A stretch of DNA of 64,000 bases from an uncultured Verrucomicrobiae bacterium (GTDB lineage: Bacteria; Verrucomicrobiota; Verrucomicrobiia; Chthoniobacterales; Chthoniobacteraceae). Positions 49,665 to 60,304 of the stretch are shown one piece after another. The translations under genes and the position numbers were made by a program. Under the pieces are notes generated by a model, which saw only the letters and a list, made by a program, of their open reading frames with translations, did not search any database and was not told where the DNA came from. Position 1 is the stretch's first letter; each line of letters starts with the position of its first letter. The stretch lies in NCBI GenBank assembly GCA_963828525.1, contig CAWHEP010000005.1, positions 64,001 to 128,000 on the forward strand. Reading direction: 5' to 3'.

Positions 49665-50278
49665 TCCGACTTTTGGGCGGCGCTTTGCGCCTTGTACGCC
49701 TTGTATCTGCCGAGGATGCTGTCGACATAACCCCTGGTGGATTTGAAGGAGATGCTCTCCCGAAGATCATCAGCCGAGGTCTTCTCACCCATGTTGGTCT
49801 GGTCAATCCAGCGGTCCACCCGTTTCTTTCCGGCGTTGTATTCAGCCAAGGCGAAGGGGATTGGATCATCCTTCGCGCTCCAGCGTTGCAGGGCCTGCTT
49901 CAAATACCAGGTTCCTACTTCGATGTTCTTCCTTGGGTCGAAAAGTTCGTTCACGACGAACGTGTCGTCCTTCTGAATTCGCGCCCAATCCTTCGCCGCG
50001 GCTTCTGTCACCTGCATCAACCCCCGCTCTCCATTTTTTCCAACCTTGTCGGGATGGAATGAACTCTCCCGCCAGATCACTGCCTTTATCAGCATCGGAT
50101 CCACGCGCTGTTTGCGACCCACTTGCGCGATGATCGCGTCGTATCGGCTGAATCGTGAAAAATTCAGCCACTCTTGCACCGTATACAAGGGATCGTGGGA
50201 TCGCCACAGCACGAGTCCTCCGGCGGCCATCGCGGAGAGCAGAAGGACAGAGATCGTGCGGCTTAGAAACCTGAACAT
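49661..50278 (-). CDS. Lytic transglycosylase (SLT domain)
   Basis: AVIWRESSF, GLMQV, NIEVGTWYL and AEYNAG. Confidence 0.9.
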   Translation of the reverse strand: MFRFLSRTISVLLLSAMAAGGLVLWRSHDPLYTVQEWLNFSRFSRYDAIIAQVGRKQRVDPMLIKAVIWRESSFHPDKVGKNGERGLMQVTEAAAKDWARIQKDDTFVVNELFDPRKNIEVGTWYLKQALQRWSAKDDPIPFALAEYNAGKKRVDRWIDQTNMGEKTSADDLRESISFKSTRGYVDSILGRYKAYKAQSAAQKSD

Positions 50279-50406
50279 GCGTCTAAGGTAGTAAAACTCG
50301 TCTGCGGTAATCCGCTATACATTTCGCGCGTGTCCCGCGGTCGGAACTCTCGCCAGCGCTTTAAACCGTTGCGACCACGGCAGTACGGCTGCTATCGAGT
50401 GGGTGA

Positions 50407-52629
50407 ATGAGATACGCGCGTGTCATCGTCGATCAATCAGGTGGCAACGCTTTTGATTACGAGATCCCGTCTCCGCTGAAGGACGCCGTAATGGTTGGGT
50501 GTCGTGTCGCGGTGCGAGTTCGGAGCAGGAAGGTGGAGGCTACTGTCATTGACCTCATCGATGAGACCGAGGCCACTGGCGTCCGGCCCCTTGAGGGGCT
50601 CTTAAGTCCGAAACCCGTTCTCAGCGCTTGCATGATCCAGCTCGCGCGCTGGATTGCCGGCTACTATTGCTGCCCCATAGAGCCCGCCATGCGGGCGGTA
50701 CTCCCACAAGTTATCCGTGTTGGAGCGGTTCGTCAGAAGAAACAGCTCTTCGCGCGTCTGTCACGCGAGCCGGATGAGCGGGAGGGGGATGCGCTTGAGA
50801 CGAAATCACCCAGGCAGGCGGCGATCATCCAGTTCCTGCGGAACGCCAAACAACCGGTGCCTGTGGCCATTGTGGCGAAGAAGTGCGGAGCCACCCATCA
50901 GGCCTTTGACGCGCTGGTCAAGAAGGGGTTCCTCGCTATCCAACCCGAAGTCGTTCTTCGTGACCCCTTTCGTGACGAGAAGTTTCTGCCAACCACAAAC
51001 TTGTCCCTCAACGAAGAGCAGGCGGAGGTCTTCAGGATAATCCAGGAATCTGCTGGCCCCGAAGGCGCCTCGCTTCCGCTGCTCATCCATGGCGTCACCG
51101 GGAGTGGCAAGACGGAGATATACCTTCAGGCCATCCAGAGTGTGCTGTCAGCGGGACGTACTGCAATCATGCTTGTACCCGAGATCGCTCTCACCCCACA
51201 GACAGTGGAGCGCTTCAAAAGCAGATTCGCGGGTTCGCAGGAGACCGTCGCCGTCCTGCACAGCCATCTTTCCAATGGCGAGCGCCACGACGAGTGGCAC
51301 AAAATCAACGATGGGCGCGCGAGGATCGTGATAGGCGCTAGAAGCGCCATCTTCGCCCCTCTGGAGAATCTTGGTTTGATTGTGGTCGATGAGGAGCATG
51401 AGAACACTTACAAGCAGGAAGAGACGCCGCGCTACCATGCCAGGGACATCGCCGTTGTTCGCGCGCGCATGGAGAAATGCGCGATCATCCTCGGCAGCGC
51501 AACCCCCTCCATTGAGAGTTACCACAACGCGACGATCGGCAAGTATCGCCTCGTCAAACTCACGCGTCGCGTGGACGAGCATAAAATGCCGTTAATCCGG
51601 ATCATTGACATGAGGCAGGAGTCGGTGAAGCAGAAATCCCAGGCGCTCCTCTCGGAAAAGCTATGCGGAGCCATCACCAAGCGGCTGGAAAAAAGGGAGC
51701 AATCCATCCTGTTCCTAAATCGCCGCGGCTTTTCGACCTCTCTCATCTGCCACGCGTGCGGCTATGTGTGCGCGTGCCCGAACTGCAGTGTCTCCCTCAC
51801 TTTCCACCGCGCCGTGTCGAAGCTGATCTGCCACATTTGCGGTCACACCGCCGCCGCGCCCAAAACGTGTCCGGCCTGCTCTGATCCCAAGATTCGATAC
51901 GTCGGCGCGGGAACAGAAAAAGTCGAGGAAGCTGTTGGTCGGATCTTCCCGAAGGCGATCGTTCGCCGCATGGACGCTGATGCCATGACCCGGAAGGAAT
52001 CTTATCGCGAGACACTCAACGCCTTCCGCGTCGGCAAGATCGACATCCTGGTCGGCACCCAGATGATAGCCAAGGGCCTGCATTTTCCCAACGTGACTTT
52101 GGTGGGCATCATAAACGCCGATCTCGCGCTGCATCTTCCCGATTTCCGCGCGGGTGAGCGCACATTCCAGCTCCTCACACAGGTTGCTGGACGGGCGGGA
52201 CGAGGAGAGGTCGAAGGCGAGGTATTTGTCCAAAGTTTCACCCCTTTCAGCCCTGCAATCCAGTTTGCGAGGCACCATGATTTCGCGGGCTTCTGGCAAC
52301 AGGAAATTGAGTTTCGCCAACAGTGGGACTTCCCTCCCTTCGCCCACATGGTTCTCGTCACGATCCGCTCCCCGCATCAGGTAAAGGCGGGGTTTTCCGC
52401 CGAAACTTTGGCGCGCCGATTAAAGGAGGTTGTCCCCCCGAACACGGTCTTGAGCGAAGCCGCGCCCGCGCCTCTGGAAAAAAGCCACGGCAATTTCCGC
52501 TACCACGTGATGTTGCGTACTCACTCCATTCTGAAGCTAAGCCGGGTTCTTCGGGAAGTGCTGGATAAGCTCACTTTTCCCGAAGATGTCGTTGTCACGG
52601 TGGATATCGATCCGTATCAGCTCATGTAG
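50407..52629 (+). CDS. priA: Primosomal protein N'
   Basis: GVTGSGKTE, VPEIALTPQ, DEEHE, Cys-pair zinc region, GTQMIAKG and QVAGRAGR. Confidence 0.97.
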   Translation: MRYARVIVDQSGGNAFDYEIPSPLKDAVMVGCRVAVRVRSRKVEATVIDLIDETEATGVRPLEGLLSPKPVLSACMIQLARWIAGYYCCPIEPAMRAVLPQVIRVGAVRQKKQLFARLSREPDEREGDALETKSPRQAAIIQFLRNAKQPVPVAIVAKKCGATHQAFDALVKKGFLAIQPEVVLRDPFRDEKFLPTTNLSLNEEQAEVFRIIQESAGPEGASLPLLIHGVTGSGKTEIYLQAIQSVLSAGRTAIMLVPEIALTPQTVERFKSRFAGSQETVAVLHSHLSNGERHDEWHKINDGRARIVIGARSAIFAPLENLGLIVVDEEHENTYKQEETPRYHARDIAVVRARMEKCAIILGSATPSIESYHNATIGKYRLVKLTRRVDEHKMPLIRIIDMRQESVKQKSQALLSEKLCGAITKRLEKREQSILFLNRRGFSTSLICHACGYVCACPNCSVSLTFHRAVSKLICHICGHTAAAPKTCPACSDPKIRYVGAGTEKVEEAVGRIFPKAIVRRMDADAMTRKESYRETLNAFRVGKIDILVGTQMIAKGLHFPNVTLVGIINADLALHLPDFRAGERTFQLLTQVAGRAGRGEVEGEVFVQSFTPFSPAIQFARHHDFAGFWQQEIEFRQQWDFPPFAHMVLVTIRSPHQVKAGFSAETLARRLKEVVPPNTVLSEAAPAPLEKSHGNFRYHVMLRTHSILKLSRVLREVLDKLTFPEDVVVTVDIDPYQLM

Positions 52630-52641
52630 GGATCCGGAAAT

Positions 52642-53277
52642 TTACGCAACCCCACGCAGCCAGGCGGCCCACCGAAGAACAACGCACACCGCGGCAAGCA
52701 CACCCACCAGCACCAACTCTCCGCGGGCCGCGGACCAGCGGGCCTGCGATTTGGCGGCGGCGTTCCATCTGCGCAATCGTGGAACCAGTCGCGGCACTTC
52801 TTGAACATAGGTCTCGTAGAGCGCTCCGAACCGTCCGCGTAAAAACTGTTCCTCCGCGGGGATGATTGCCACGTAAAGGCACACAAACGTAGCCACATGC
52901 AGGAGTAACATCACCGGGTCCCGCAGCAGGCCGACGGCTCCAAGTCCGAGGACGATGCTGCCCAGATAGATAGGATTTCGAACGTACACGTACGGGCCAC
53001 CGGTTACCAGTGCCGGCGCTTCGATGGTGGCGGATCGCGTGTGGCCGCCGGCCGTAGCGGCGCCCCATGCGCGGAGGGCGAAGCCAGCAGCTATCAGGAG
53101 GAGTGAAAGCGCGAAGGCTGCTTGCCCGTAAACTCCGTCCCACCGCTCGGGACGTATGATGAACGCCGCGCAGACCACCCCGGATAGCCCAAGGAATAAC
53201 CGGTTCGGGAAAATTCGTCCTCCCATGCGAACAAGCCATCCGCCGGTTCCTCCCTCAGACTCCGCCGCCTGTCTCAT
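52642..53277 (-). CDS. Isoprenylcysteine carboxyl methyltransferase / PEMT family membrane protein (start may be 53226)
   Basis: LVTGGPYVYVRNPIYLG; EEQFL...FG..Y..Y...VPR. Confidence 0.82.
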   Translation of the reverse strand: MRQAAESEGGTGGWLVRMGGRIFPNRLFLGLSGVVCAAFIIRPERWDGVYGQAAFALSLLLIAAGFALRAWGAATAGGHTRSATIEAPALVTGGPYVYVRNPIYLGSIVLGLGAVGLLRDPVMLLLHVATFVCLYVAIIPAEEQFLRGRFGALYETYVQEVPRLVPRLRRWNAAAKSQARWSAARGELVLVGVLAAVCVVLRWAAWLRGVA

Positions 53278-53511
53278 CAGTGCCCGCCCCCGGCAACCGT
53301 CGGAGAAGAAGGGATTCCATCAGACATGCTTTCGGCATTTTACCGATTTCTTGGGTTGATCTCAAGCACTGATAAAGTTGCCTCCAAACGCGAAAAAAGT
53401 TATGTATGCGCCCTTTGCCGTGACTTTTTCCTCCCCAGTTACTTCTGTTGCCGAACGCGATTCGTTGAACATGGAGAGCAGGGCGGTGGCGCAGCCCACC
53501 AGTTTCACCTT

Positions 53512-56500
53512 ATGAAAATTCTTCTGGTGGACGAGGAGCCGGGCGTCATCCTCGCGCTCCAGGCTGCGATAGAGAACGCGACTTCTCACACGGTGCGTGG
53601 CTCGACCGGTGATCTGGCGATTGCCGCCGCGGAGGAGATGGGAGGGATCGATCTGCTGATCGCGGAAGCAGTGATGCAGCCCGTCGACGGGTTCACGCTA
53701 TCCCTGTCCCTGGGCCGCCGCTTCCCCGCCCTTCAAACACTTTTTATAACCGGTTTCGACCTGGATGGCTTCGATCACATCGTCCACGGCCGCAAGCTCC
53801 TCCTCAAGCCGCTGAATCCTGCGGAAGTGCTCCAGGCCATTGCCGAACTCCAGATCGCGCCTCCAGCGACGATCCTTTCTCTCGCGACCTCCGCCGCTGG
53901 TTCAAAGGGGGAAGATTCGCTGGAAGGCAGAATCATCGGACCTTACAGGGTCGGAATCAGGATCCGGGATGGGAAGTGGGGAGGCGTATGGAGTGCTGTG
54001 CGCGTGGCTTCGGGTCGTTCTGTTGCCCTCGAAATATTGGAACCATGGAACAACCCCGACCCCGTCCGGAAGGGCAAGTTCATTGCGGAAGCAACCGCAA
54101 AAGCGCGCATCCGTTATCCTTCGATGATTGCTTGTTATGGTTCGGAAGAGACTGGCGGCTTCACGCATTCCGCCTCCGAGCAAACGGGAGGTGTCACGCT
54201 CCAGGAGATTGCTGCTCAAGGTAAAACCATTGAGGAATCTGCCGCCTTGCGCGTCCTGCGCGTCATCGCGGAAGTGCTAAGCCATCTCTCGTCCACAGCG
54301 ACGCGGAGAACCCTGCTGGAAGCGGCGGACGTCCTCATCCGGCCGGACGGGCAGCCGATCTTGGGCAATATCATCGCCAGCGAGGGTGAAGCGCCCCCGA
54401 TCCACGCGGAGATGAGGGCCTTGGCCGGTATCGCGCGTCCGGTCACGAGAGAACCCTCTGCAGCCCTACGCGAGTTTTTCCAGCGAACGGAGCAGCAGGG
54501 TCGCGGGGGATTTGGGACGTGGGAGGCGGTTCTGAAAAACATACGTCTCCTGGAGGAGAAGGCGGCCTTAAAGCTGCCCGCTTCTCCGGCAACGGATCGA
54601 CAGCCAGAACAGCAAAAGTTTTCGGAACGCTCACCGATCAACGCCGCTCCCGTCGAAAAACTTCCCGCGTCATCGGAAGTTGCCAGCAAGCTCGCGCCAG
54701 AAGGTTCCTTGATTGCGTCTGTCGAGGCGCCCATCCCCCAAGCCGAGGCCGCGACGAAGCCTCGAACTTCGATTTCCCTGGCGGTCCCGGCGCGGGTTGC
54801 GTCTATCTGGCGGAAGCGGCGCTCCTGGATTTTGCCTGCGACAGCAGGTCTTGCTTCCATCCTGGCCTTGGTGCTCCTCGAACAATCGGTGAACAAACGC
54901 GCCCCTGCCGATGTGATGGTGGAAATCCCGGCGGGAGAATTCATCTATCAAGATAAGGAAAAGCTGAATCTTCCCACGTTTTGGATCGACCGATGCGAGG
55001 TAACAATCGGTCAATACGCAGAGTTTCTGGAATCCCTCTCAAAGCAGCCAACCGTTGCGTTCGATTACCCCTCACAGCCGCGCGGGAAAACCTCGCACGA
55101 GCCTCGGAACTGGCAGACTTTATACAAGGCCGCCAAAGAGCATGGCCGGCTGGAAAGCACCCCAATAGGCCTCAACAGTCCGGTCTTTCTTGTGGATTGG
55201 TATGACGCTTATGCTTACGCGAAGTGGAAGAGCCGCAGGCTCCCGACGGAGATGGAGTGGGAGAAAGCCGCCCGTGGCCCGAATGGCTTCCTGTATCCTT
55301 GGGGGAATGTCTTCGACCCCAAAAATTGCAATTCGGGCGCCGACTATAGCGATGACCCCAAGGCGAAGGGTTCTGTGGACGGATACAATCGCTGGAGCCC
55401 CGTGGCGGCAATCCAGGCGGATCGCAGCGTATATGGTGTTATCGGCATGGCGGGGAATGTGTCCGAATGGACAGGCTCGTACGACGCGGTGGCCAAATTG
55501 CCGGTCGTTCGCGGCGGAAGCTACCACGCGCCCGTCGTCTCGCTGGTTGCCCGTTCGATGATGGCGCCCGGAGAAGCATCTGAATATGTAGGTTTCCGCA
55601 CTGTCACCGATACTCGCCCGCTACCACGGGAGTCGCTTTTCTCGGGAGTCACCGCGCGGCTCGCGCGCTCACCGCAGGTAGATGAAGCGGATGCGAGACA
55701 CCATGAACAAAGGGGCGCTTCCGAGTATACGAACGGTGATATTCACCGCTCCGTCGCTGACTTCAACGCTGCCGCGCAGTTGAGCCCCGCAAACGCCCAG
55801 ATCTATGCCGGGCGCGGGCTGGCCAGGGCCGATGCTGGTGATGTGGACGGTGCCTTGGCCGATCTGAATAGAGCGGTGGAACTCGATCCCGCGCAAGCGG
55901 TCACCTATAACAGCAGAGGCCTTGTCCGGGACGCGGCTGGAGATTGGCAGGGCGCCATCGCCGAGTTCAGCAAAGCCATCGAACTCAATCCCGGATACGC
56001 GGACGCCCTGAACGGACGGGGTAATGCCAGACAGTCTGCTGGCGATTTGGCGGGAGCGGTGGCCGATTACAACCAAGCGCTGAAACTCAACCCCGGTTTT
56101 GCCACTGTTTACAGCAACCGGGGCGCGGCCGAACAAGCGATGCATCAACTGGATTCGGCCATTGCGGACTACGATCGCGCGGTGGCGATGAATCCTAAAA
56201 ACGCGCGGGCTTACATGAACCGCGGAAACGCCAAGAGGGACAAGGGAGACTTGTCCGGAGCGTTGGCGGATTTCGACCGTGCAATCGAAATCGACCCCCG
56301 GGAGGTTGAAGCCGCTTATGGAAGCCGAGGCATCATTAAGAGCGCTTCGGGCGATCTCACCGGGGCTCTTTCTGATTTCGACCATGCGATTGCGTTGAAC
56401 CCGAAGGATCCGAAAACCTTTAGAAACCGGGGAAACACGAGGTTTCTTAGAGGCGACGCCACCGGGGCGATCTCAGATTACACGCAAGCCATCAATCTGA

Positions 56501-57210
56501 ACCCGAAGAGCGACGCAAACTATGACAGCCGCGGCCGCGCGGAATTCACGGTCGGCAAACTGGAGGACGCCATCAGCGATTTCGGGAAGGCGATCGCGAT
56601 AAACGCGAAGGAGGCGCAATATTTCTACCATCGCGGACTCGCCAAGGACGCGGAGCATGGCACGGATGATCCCCTACCGGATTACGACCGCGCAATAGCC
56701 CTGAATTCAAAATACACGGAAGCATTCGTCAGCAGGGGCATTGTTAAACTGATCAAGCGTGATCTCGATGGCGCGTTGTCCGATTTTAACACGCTCATCG
56801 ACCTCGATTCCAACAATGCGAACGCTTACTTTTTTCGCGGCACCGCGAAAGCAGCTCAAGGCGATCTCATCGGCGCCGTCGCGGCCTACAGTCACGCCAT
56901 CGAGATCAATCCCAAGCACGCGGACGCCTACTTTTTGCGAGGAAACGCCAGGGCAGGTCGCCGGGATTTCAGTGGCGCGATTGAGGATTTCAACCACGCG
57001 ATCGAGATAAACCCGCAATCCCCCGCTGTTTTTCGCCAGCGCGCGAGCGTGGAGCTCACGCAGGGAGACCGGCCCCGCGCGATCGATGATTTTCGCCGCG
57101 CTCTGGAGTTGAACCCTCGGGACGACGAAGCGAAAGCGGAACTCAAGGCGTTGGATGACTCACCTTCGTCTCCGGCATCTACTCCGGCGCCTACAGCATC
57201 TGCTCGATGA
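53512..57210 (+). CDS. Multidomain membrane protein: receiver + degenerate Ser/Thr kinase + TM + FGE-sulfatase + 14 TPRs
   Basis: MKILLVDEE REC domain; IGPYRV...RSVALEIL kinase-like region; EVTIGQY, RLPTEMEWEKAARG, YPWG and MAGNVSEWT; 14 34-aa repeats. Confidence 0.85.
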   Translation: MKILLVDEEPGVILALQAAIENATSHTVRGSTGDLAIAAAEEMGGIDLLIAEAVMQPVDGFTLSLSLGRRFPALQTLFITGFDLDGFDHIVHGRKLLLKPLNPAEVLQAIAELQIAPPATILSLATSAAGSKGEDSLEGRIIGPYRVGIRIRDGKWGGVWSAVRVASGRSVALEILEPWNNPDPVRKGKFIAEATAKARIRYPSMIACYGSEETGGFTHSASEQTGGVTLQEIAAQGKTIEESAALRVLRVIAEVLSHLSSTATRRTLLEAADVLIRPDGQPILGNIIASEGEAPPIHAEMRALAGIARPVTREPSAALREFFQRTEQQGRGGFGTWEAVLKNIRLLEEKAALKLPASPATDRQPEQQKFSERSPINAAPVEKLPASSEVASKLAPEGSLIASVEAPIPQAEAATKPRTSISLAVPARVASIWRKRRSWILPATAGLASILALVLLEQSVNKRAPADVMVEIPAGEFIYQDKEKLNLPTFWIDRCEVTIGQYAEFLESLSKQPTVAFDYPSQPRGKTSHEPRNWQTLYKAAKEHGRLESTPIGLNSPVFLVDWYDAYAYAKWKSRRLPTEMEWEKAARGPNGFLYPWGNVFDPKNCNSGADYSDDPKAKGSVDGYNRWSPVAAIQADRSVYGVIGMAGNVSEWTGSYDAVAKLPVVRGGSYHAPVVSLVARSMMAPGEASEYVGFRTVTDTRPLPRESLFSGVTARLARSPQVDEADARHHEQRGASEYTNGDIHRSVADFNAAAQLSPANAQIYAGRGLARADAGDVDGALADLNRAVELDPAQAVTYNSRGLVRDAAGDWQGAIAEFSKAIELNPGYADALNGRGNARQSAGDLAGAVADYNQALKLNPGFATVYSNRGAAEQAMHQLDSAIADYDRAVAMNPKNARAYMNRGNAKRDKGDLSGALADFDRAIEIDPREVEAAYGSRGIIKSASGDLTGALSDFDHAIALNPKDPKTFRNRGNTRFLRGDATGAISDYTQAINLNPKSDANYDSRGRAEFTVGKLEDAISDFGKAIAINAKEAQYFYHRGLAKDAEHGTDDPLPDYDRAIALNSKYTEAFVSRGIVKLIKRDLDGALSDFNTLIDLDSNNANAYFFRGTAKAAQGDLIGAVAAYSHAIEINPKHADAYFLRGNARAGRRDFSGAIEDFNHAIEINPQSPAVFRQRASVELTQGDRPRAIDDFRRALELNPRDDEAKAELKALDDSPSSPASTPAPTASAR

Positions 57211-58036
57211 ACGTTCGTCCGTCGAATTGGGCGAACTGATCGATCTTCTCTCCCGTGCCAATGAAACGGGTGGGTATGCCGAGTTCGTTTTGGATGGCGA
57301 TCACAACTCCCCCTTTGCCGCTTCCGTCAAGTTTGGTAACGATCACTCCCGTGAGGCCGATCGCCTGATGGAATTCGCGGGCCTGCGAGAGCGCGTTGCT
57401 TCCTGTGGTGGCGTCCACCACTAGCAGGCTTTCATGCGGAGCGGCCGGGTCGTGCTTTGCCAGCGACCGTTTTATCTTCTCCAGTTCCCCCATGAGGTTG
57501 ATCTTCGTATGCAACCTCCCTGCCGTGTCGCACAGAAGAAATTCAACGTTCTTGCGATCCGCCGCGACATACGCGTCGTAGCAAAGCGCCGCCGGGTCGG
57601 CGTTGTATTGCCCGCGCGTCATCTCCACCCCGGCTCGCTCCGCCCAAATGCCGAGTTGCTCAATGGCCGCGGCTCGGAACGTATCCGCCGCCGCGAGCAT
57701 CACGGAGTGCCTGTTCGACTTCAAAAAATAAGCGAGCTTGGCCGTGGATGTCGTCTTCCCGGTGCCGTTCACTCCCACAATGAGGATCGCCTTTGGCTTC
57801 GAGGGCAGCGGTCTAAGCGAAAGACTTTCCAATGGCAGCACGCGAGCAATTTCCGCTCGCGCGACCTCCACCACATCCAGCGAGGTGATCTTTTCTCTGA
57901 GCCGCAAAGCAGCGAGGATTTTGAGGGTCATTGGGACCCCGAGATCCGAGCGGATCAGCGCCTCCTCGAGATCATCCCAATCCACCGGCTTCCCGGTGAA
58001 TTTCTCAATGAGCGATTTGAAAAAGCCGAGCGCCAT
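57191..58036 (-). CDS. ftsY: SRP receptor FtsY (short, NG domain only)
   Basis: [31 protein letters not shown] and GTGE. Confidence 0.96.
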   Translation of the reverse strand: MALGFFKSLIEKFTGKPVDWDDLEEALIRSDLGVPMTLKILAALRLREKITSLDVVEVARAEIARVLPLESLSLRPLPSKPKAILIVGVNGTGKTTSTAKLAYFLKSNRHSVMLAAADTFRAAAIEQLGIWAERAGVEMTRGQYNADPAALCYDAYVAADRKNVEFLLCDTAGRLHTKINLMGELEKIKRSLAKHDPAAPHESLLVVDATTGSNALSQAREFHQAIGLTGVIVTKLDGSGKGGVVIAIQNELGIPTRFIGTGEKIDQFAQFDGRTFIEQML

Positions 58037-58038
58037 CG

Positions 58039-58473
58039 TTACTCCGACGCCGTTGCCGCGCGCGCGCGCGGCGCGAGATCCTGCCGGATCCTGTCCAGAA
58101 TTCCGTTCACGAATCTCCCCGAATCCTCAGATCCAAAGCGTTTGGCAATCTCTATCGCTTCGTTGATCGCGACCACAGGAGGGACATCCTCACAGAACAG
58201 CATCTCGTATATCGCTACTCGCAGAATGTTCCGATCCACGGCCGCGATCCTGTTGATCGCGTAATTATTCGCGTATTTGCTGATCCGCTCGTCGATCTCA
58301 ACCTGGTTCTTTAGCGCTCCATTGATCAGACTGTCGGAAAAATCGCGGGTGCCTTTCCCTGCGGGACGCAAATCCCAAAACTCATCAGTGGCCGCGGCAT
58401 GGCCCTCCGGGTTCAAGTCGCGTTGGAAGAGAAACTGGATGGCTGCCTCGCGGCTCTCGCGGCGCTTACCCAT
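58039..58473 (-). CDS. nusB: Transcription antitermination factor NusB
   Basis: RRESREAAIQFLF, VDRNILR, INEAIEIAKRFG and FVNGILD. Confidence 0.96.
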   Translation of the reverse strand: MGKRRESREAAIQFLFQRDLNPEGHAAATDEFWDLRPAGKGTRDFSDSLINGALKNQVEIDERISKYANNYAINRIAAVDRNILRVAIYEMLFCEDVPPVVAINEAIEIAKRFGSEDSGRFVNGILDRIRQDLAPRARAATASE

Positions 58474-58957
58474 GGGGCGTCCCGCGACCCTTCAATTCGG
58501 AGAAAAGATGCGCCATTCGCACTGCCGTTCGTGCCGCTTCCACGCCCCGGTTTAGCTCTTTGCCGAGACAGCGCGCCTTGGCCTGCTCCGCGCTGCTTAC
58601 CAGTAATACCTCGTGGATCACAGGTATCCGGAAACGCAGCGCCAGTCGCATCAACGTCTGGGAAACTGTTTGTCCGATGTGATCCGCGTGCCGCGTCTCC
58701 CCTTCAATGATGACACCGAACGCGATGATAGCGTCCACTCCGCCGCGCTCCGCCAACTCTTGCACGAGGAGGGGGATCTCGAACGCGCCAGGAACCTCGT
58801 AGATTGACAAAGCGCCCCCGGGACAGATATCCGCCAGTTCTTCCCTTGCGTGCTCCACCAGGCCGTCCACATATTCCGCGTTGTACTGGCTCGCGACGAT
58901 GGCAAACGCGCGCCGCTGCGTCATATTCCGCGGTTTGGTGGGCAGCATGTTAGACAT
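58466..58957 (-). CDS. ribH: 6,7-dimethyl-8-ribityllumazine synthase
   Basis: VPGAFEIP; GVIIEGET.H; located between ribBA and nusB. Confidence 0.93.
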   Translation of the reverse strand: MSNMLPTKPRNMTQRRAFAIVASQYNAEYVDGLVEHAREELADICPGGALSIYEVPGAFEIPLLVQELAERGGVDAIIAFGVIIEGETRHADHIGQTVSQTLMRLALRFRIPVIHEVLLVSSAEQAKARCLGKELNRGVEAARTAVRMAHLFSELKGRGTPHG

Positions 58958-59025
58958 GGGAGGAGCAGTAAACGAGCGCGAGTGGCGGATGGCAACCTGT
59001 TTCACCAACCCGCTGAGATGCGGAA

Positions 59026-60225
59026 TTACAGCAAGTGTCCCATCTTTTCCCGCTTGGTCTCCAGATATTTCTCGTTATGCGGATTAGCGGCAAACTTGAT
59101 CGGAGCGACTTCGACCAGTTCGAGCCCATACCCCTCCAGCCCCACCACCTTTCTGGGGTTGTTCGTCAGGAACCGCATCCGCCCAACCCCGAGATCAACG
59201 AGAATTTGCGCCCCGATCCCGTAGTCTCTCAGTTCGGGCGGAAATCCGAGCTTCTCGTTGGCCTCCACCGTGTCGAGACCCTCCTCCTGCAGCTTGTACG
59301 CGTGGATCTTCGCGGGCAGTCCGATCCCGCGTCCTTCCTGCCGCATATAGATTAAGACGCCATTTCCCGCGGCTTCTATTTGCTGGAGCGCTGTTCGCAA
59401 CTGGTTGCCGCAATCGCATCGCATGGAGCCGAAGACATCGCCGGTAAGGCACTCGCTGTGTACTCGGACGAGTGTCACCTGGTCTTTATCGATCTCTCCC
59501 TTCACCAAGGCCAGGTGGTGCGCGTTATCGACCAGGGACTTGTACATGTGAAGCATGAACTCCCCATACTCTGTCGGCAGCTTCACGACCTGCTCCTTGC
59601 TCACCAGCTTCTCGCGCAGCCGCCGGTATCTAATGAGATCCTGTATCGTGCAGATTTTGAGTCCGTGTTTCTTTTTAAGGGCCAGCAATTCAGGCACGCG
59701 CGCCATCGCCACGTCATGAAGTATTTCACAGATGACTCCCGCGGGGGCCAGTCCCGCGAGTCGCGCGAGATCGATGGACGCTTCCGTATGCCCAGCGCGC
59801 CGGAGCACACCGCCAGGTCTGGCTTGCAACGGGAATACGTGCCCCGGTTGGTTCAGATCATCGGGCTTCGATAGTGGATCGACGAGTACCTTGATCGTTG
59901 TGGCCCTGTCAGACGCGCTGATCCCTGTGCTTACGCCTCGCGCGGCGTCCACAGAAACTGTAAAATCCGTCTTCTGGCTCTCTCTATTATGTAGAACCAT
60001 TCTCTGCAGACCCAGATCCTTGGCCCGCTCCTCGGTGATTGGCGCGCAGATCAACCCGCGTCCATGCGTCGCCATAAAGTTCACCGCCTCGGGCGTCACC
60101 TTTTCAGCCGCCATGACGAGGTCACCCTCGTTCTCCCGGCTCTCGTCGTCGGTTACGATGACCATCCTGCCTGCTCGAATCTCCTCGATGGCATCTTCGA
60201 TACTGTCGAACTCATTCATCCGCAT
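59026..60225 (-). CDS. ribBA: Bifunctional DHBP synthase / GTP cyclohydrolase II
   Basis: [40 protein letters not shown] and TNNP.K. Confidence 0.96.
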   Translation of the reverse strand: MRMNEFDSIEDAIEEIRAGRMVIVTDDESRENEGDLVMAAEKVTPEAVNFMATHGRGLICAPITEERAKDLGLQRMVLHNRESQKTDFTVSVDAARGVSTGISASDRATTIKVLVDPLSKPDDLNQPGHVFPLQARPGGVLRRAGHTEASIDLARLAGLAPAGVICEILHDVAMARVPELLALKKKHGLKICTIQDLIRYRRLREKLVSKEQVVKLPTEYGEFMLHMYKSLVDNAHHLALVKGEIDKDQVTLVRVHSECLTGDVFGSMRCDCGNQLRTALQQIEAAGNGVLIYMRQEGRGIGLPAKIHAYKLQEEGLDTVEANEKLGFPPELRDYGIGAQILVDLGVGRMRFLTNNPRKVVGLEGYGLELVEVAPIKFAANPHNEKYLETKREKMGHLL

Positions 60226-60304
60226 CGACTATGCGCCATGCCGAAGCTTGCCACAACAGCCTAGTGTCCAACAGAGGCACGGTACAGTCGTGCCTCCGTT
60301 AATT

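Noticed and set aside
55680..57130. ~102-bp periodicity resembling a DNA repeat array or CRISPR
   Set aside because: It reflects protein-level TPR repeats; no identical repeats with unique spacers.
57191..58036. Short FtsY lacking the acidic A domain
   Set aside because: Common in many bacterial lineages.
60226..60304. FMN riboswitch upstream of ribBA
   Set aside because: The gap is only ~80 bp and lacks the conserved RFN sequence blocks.
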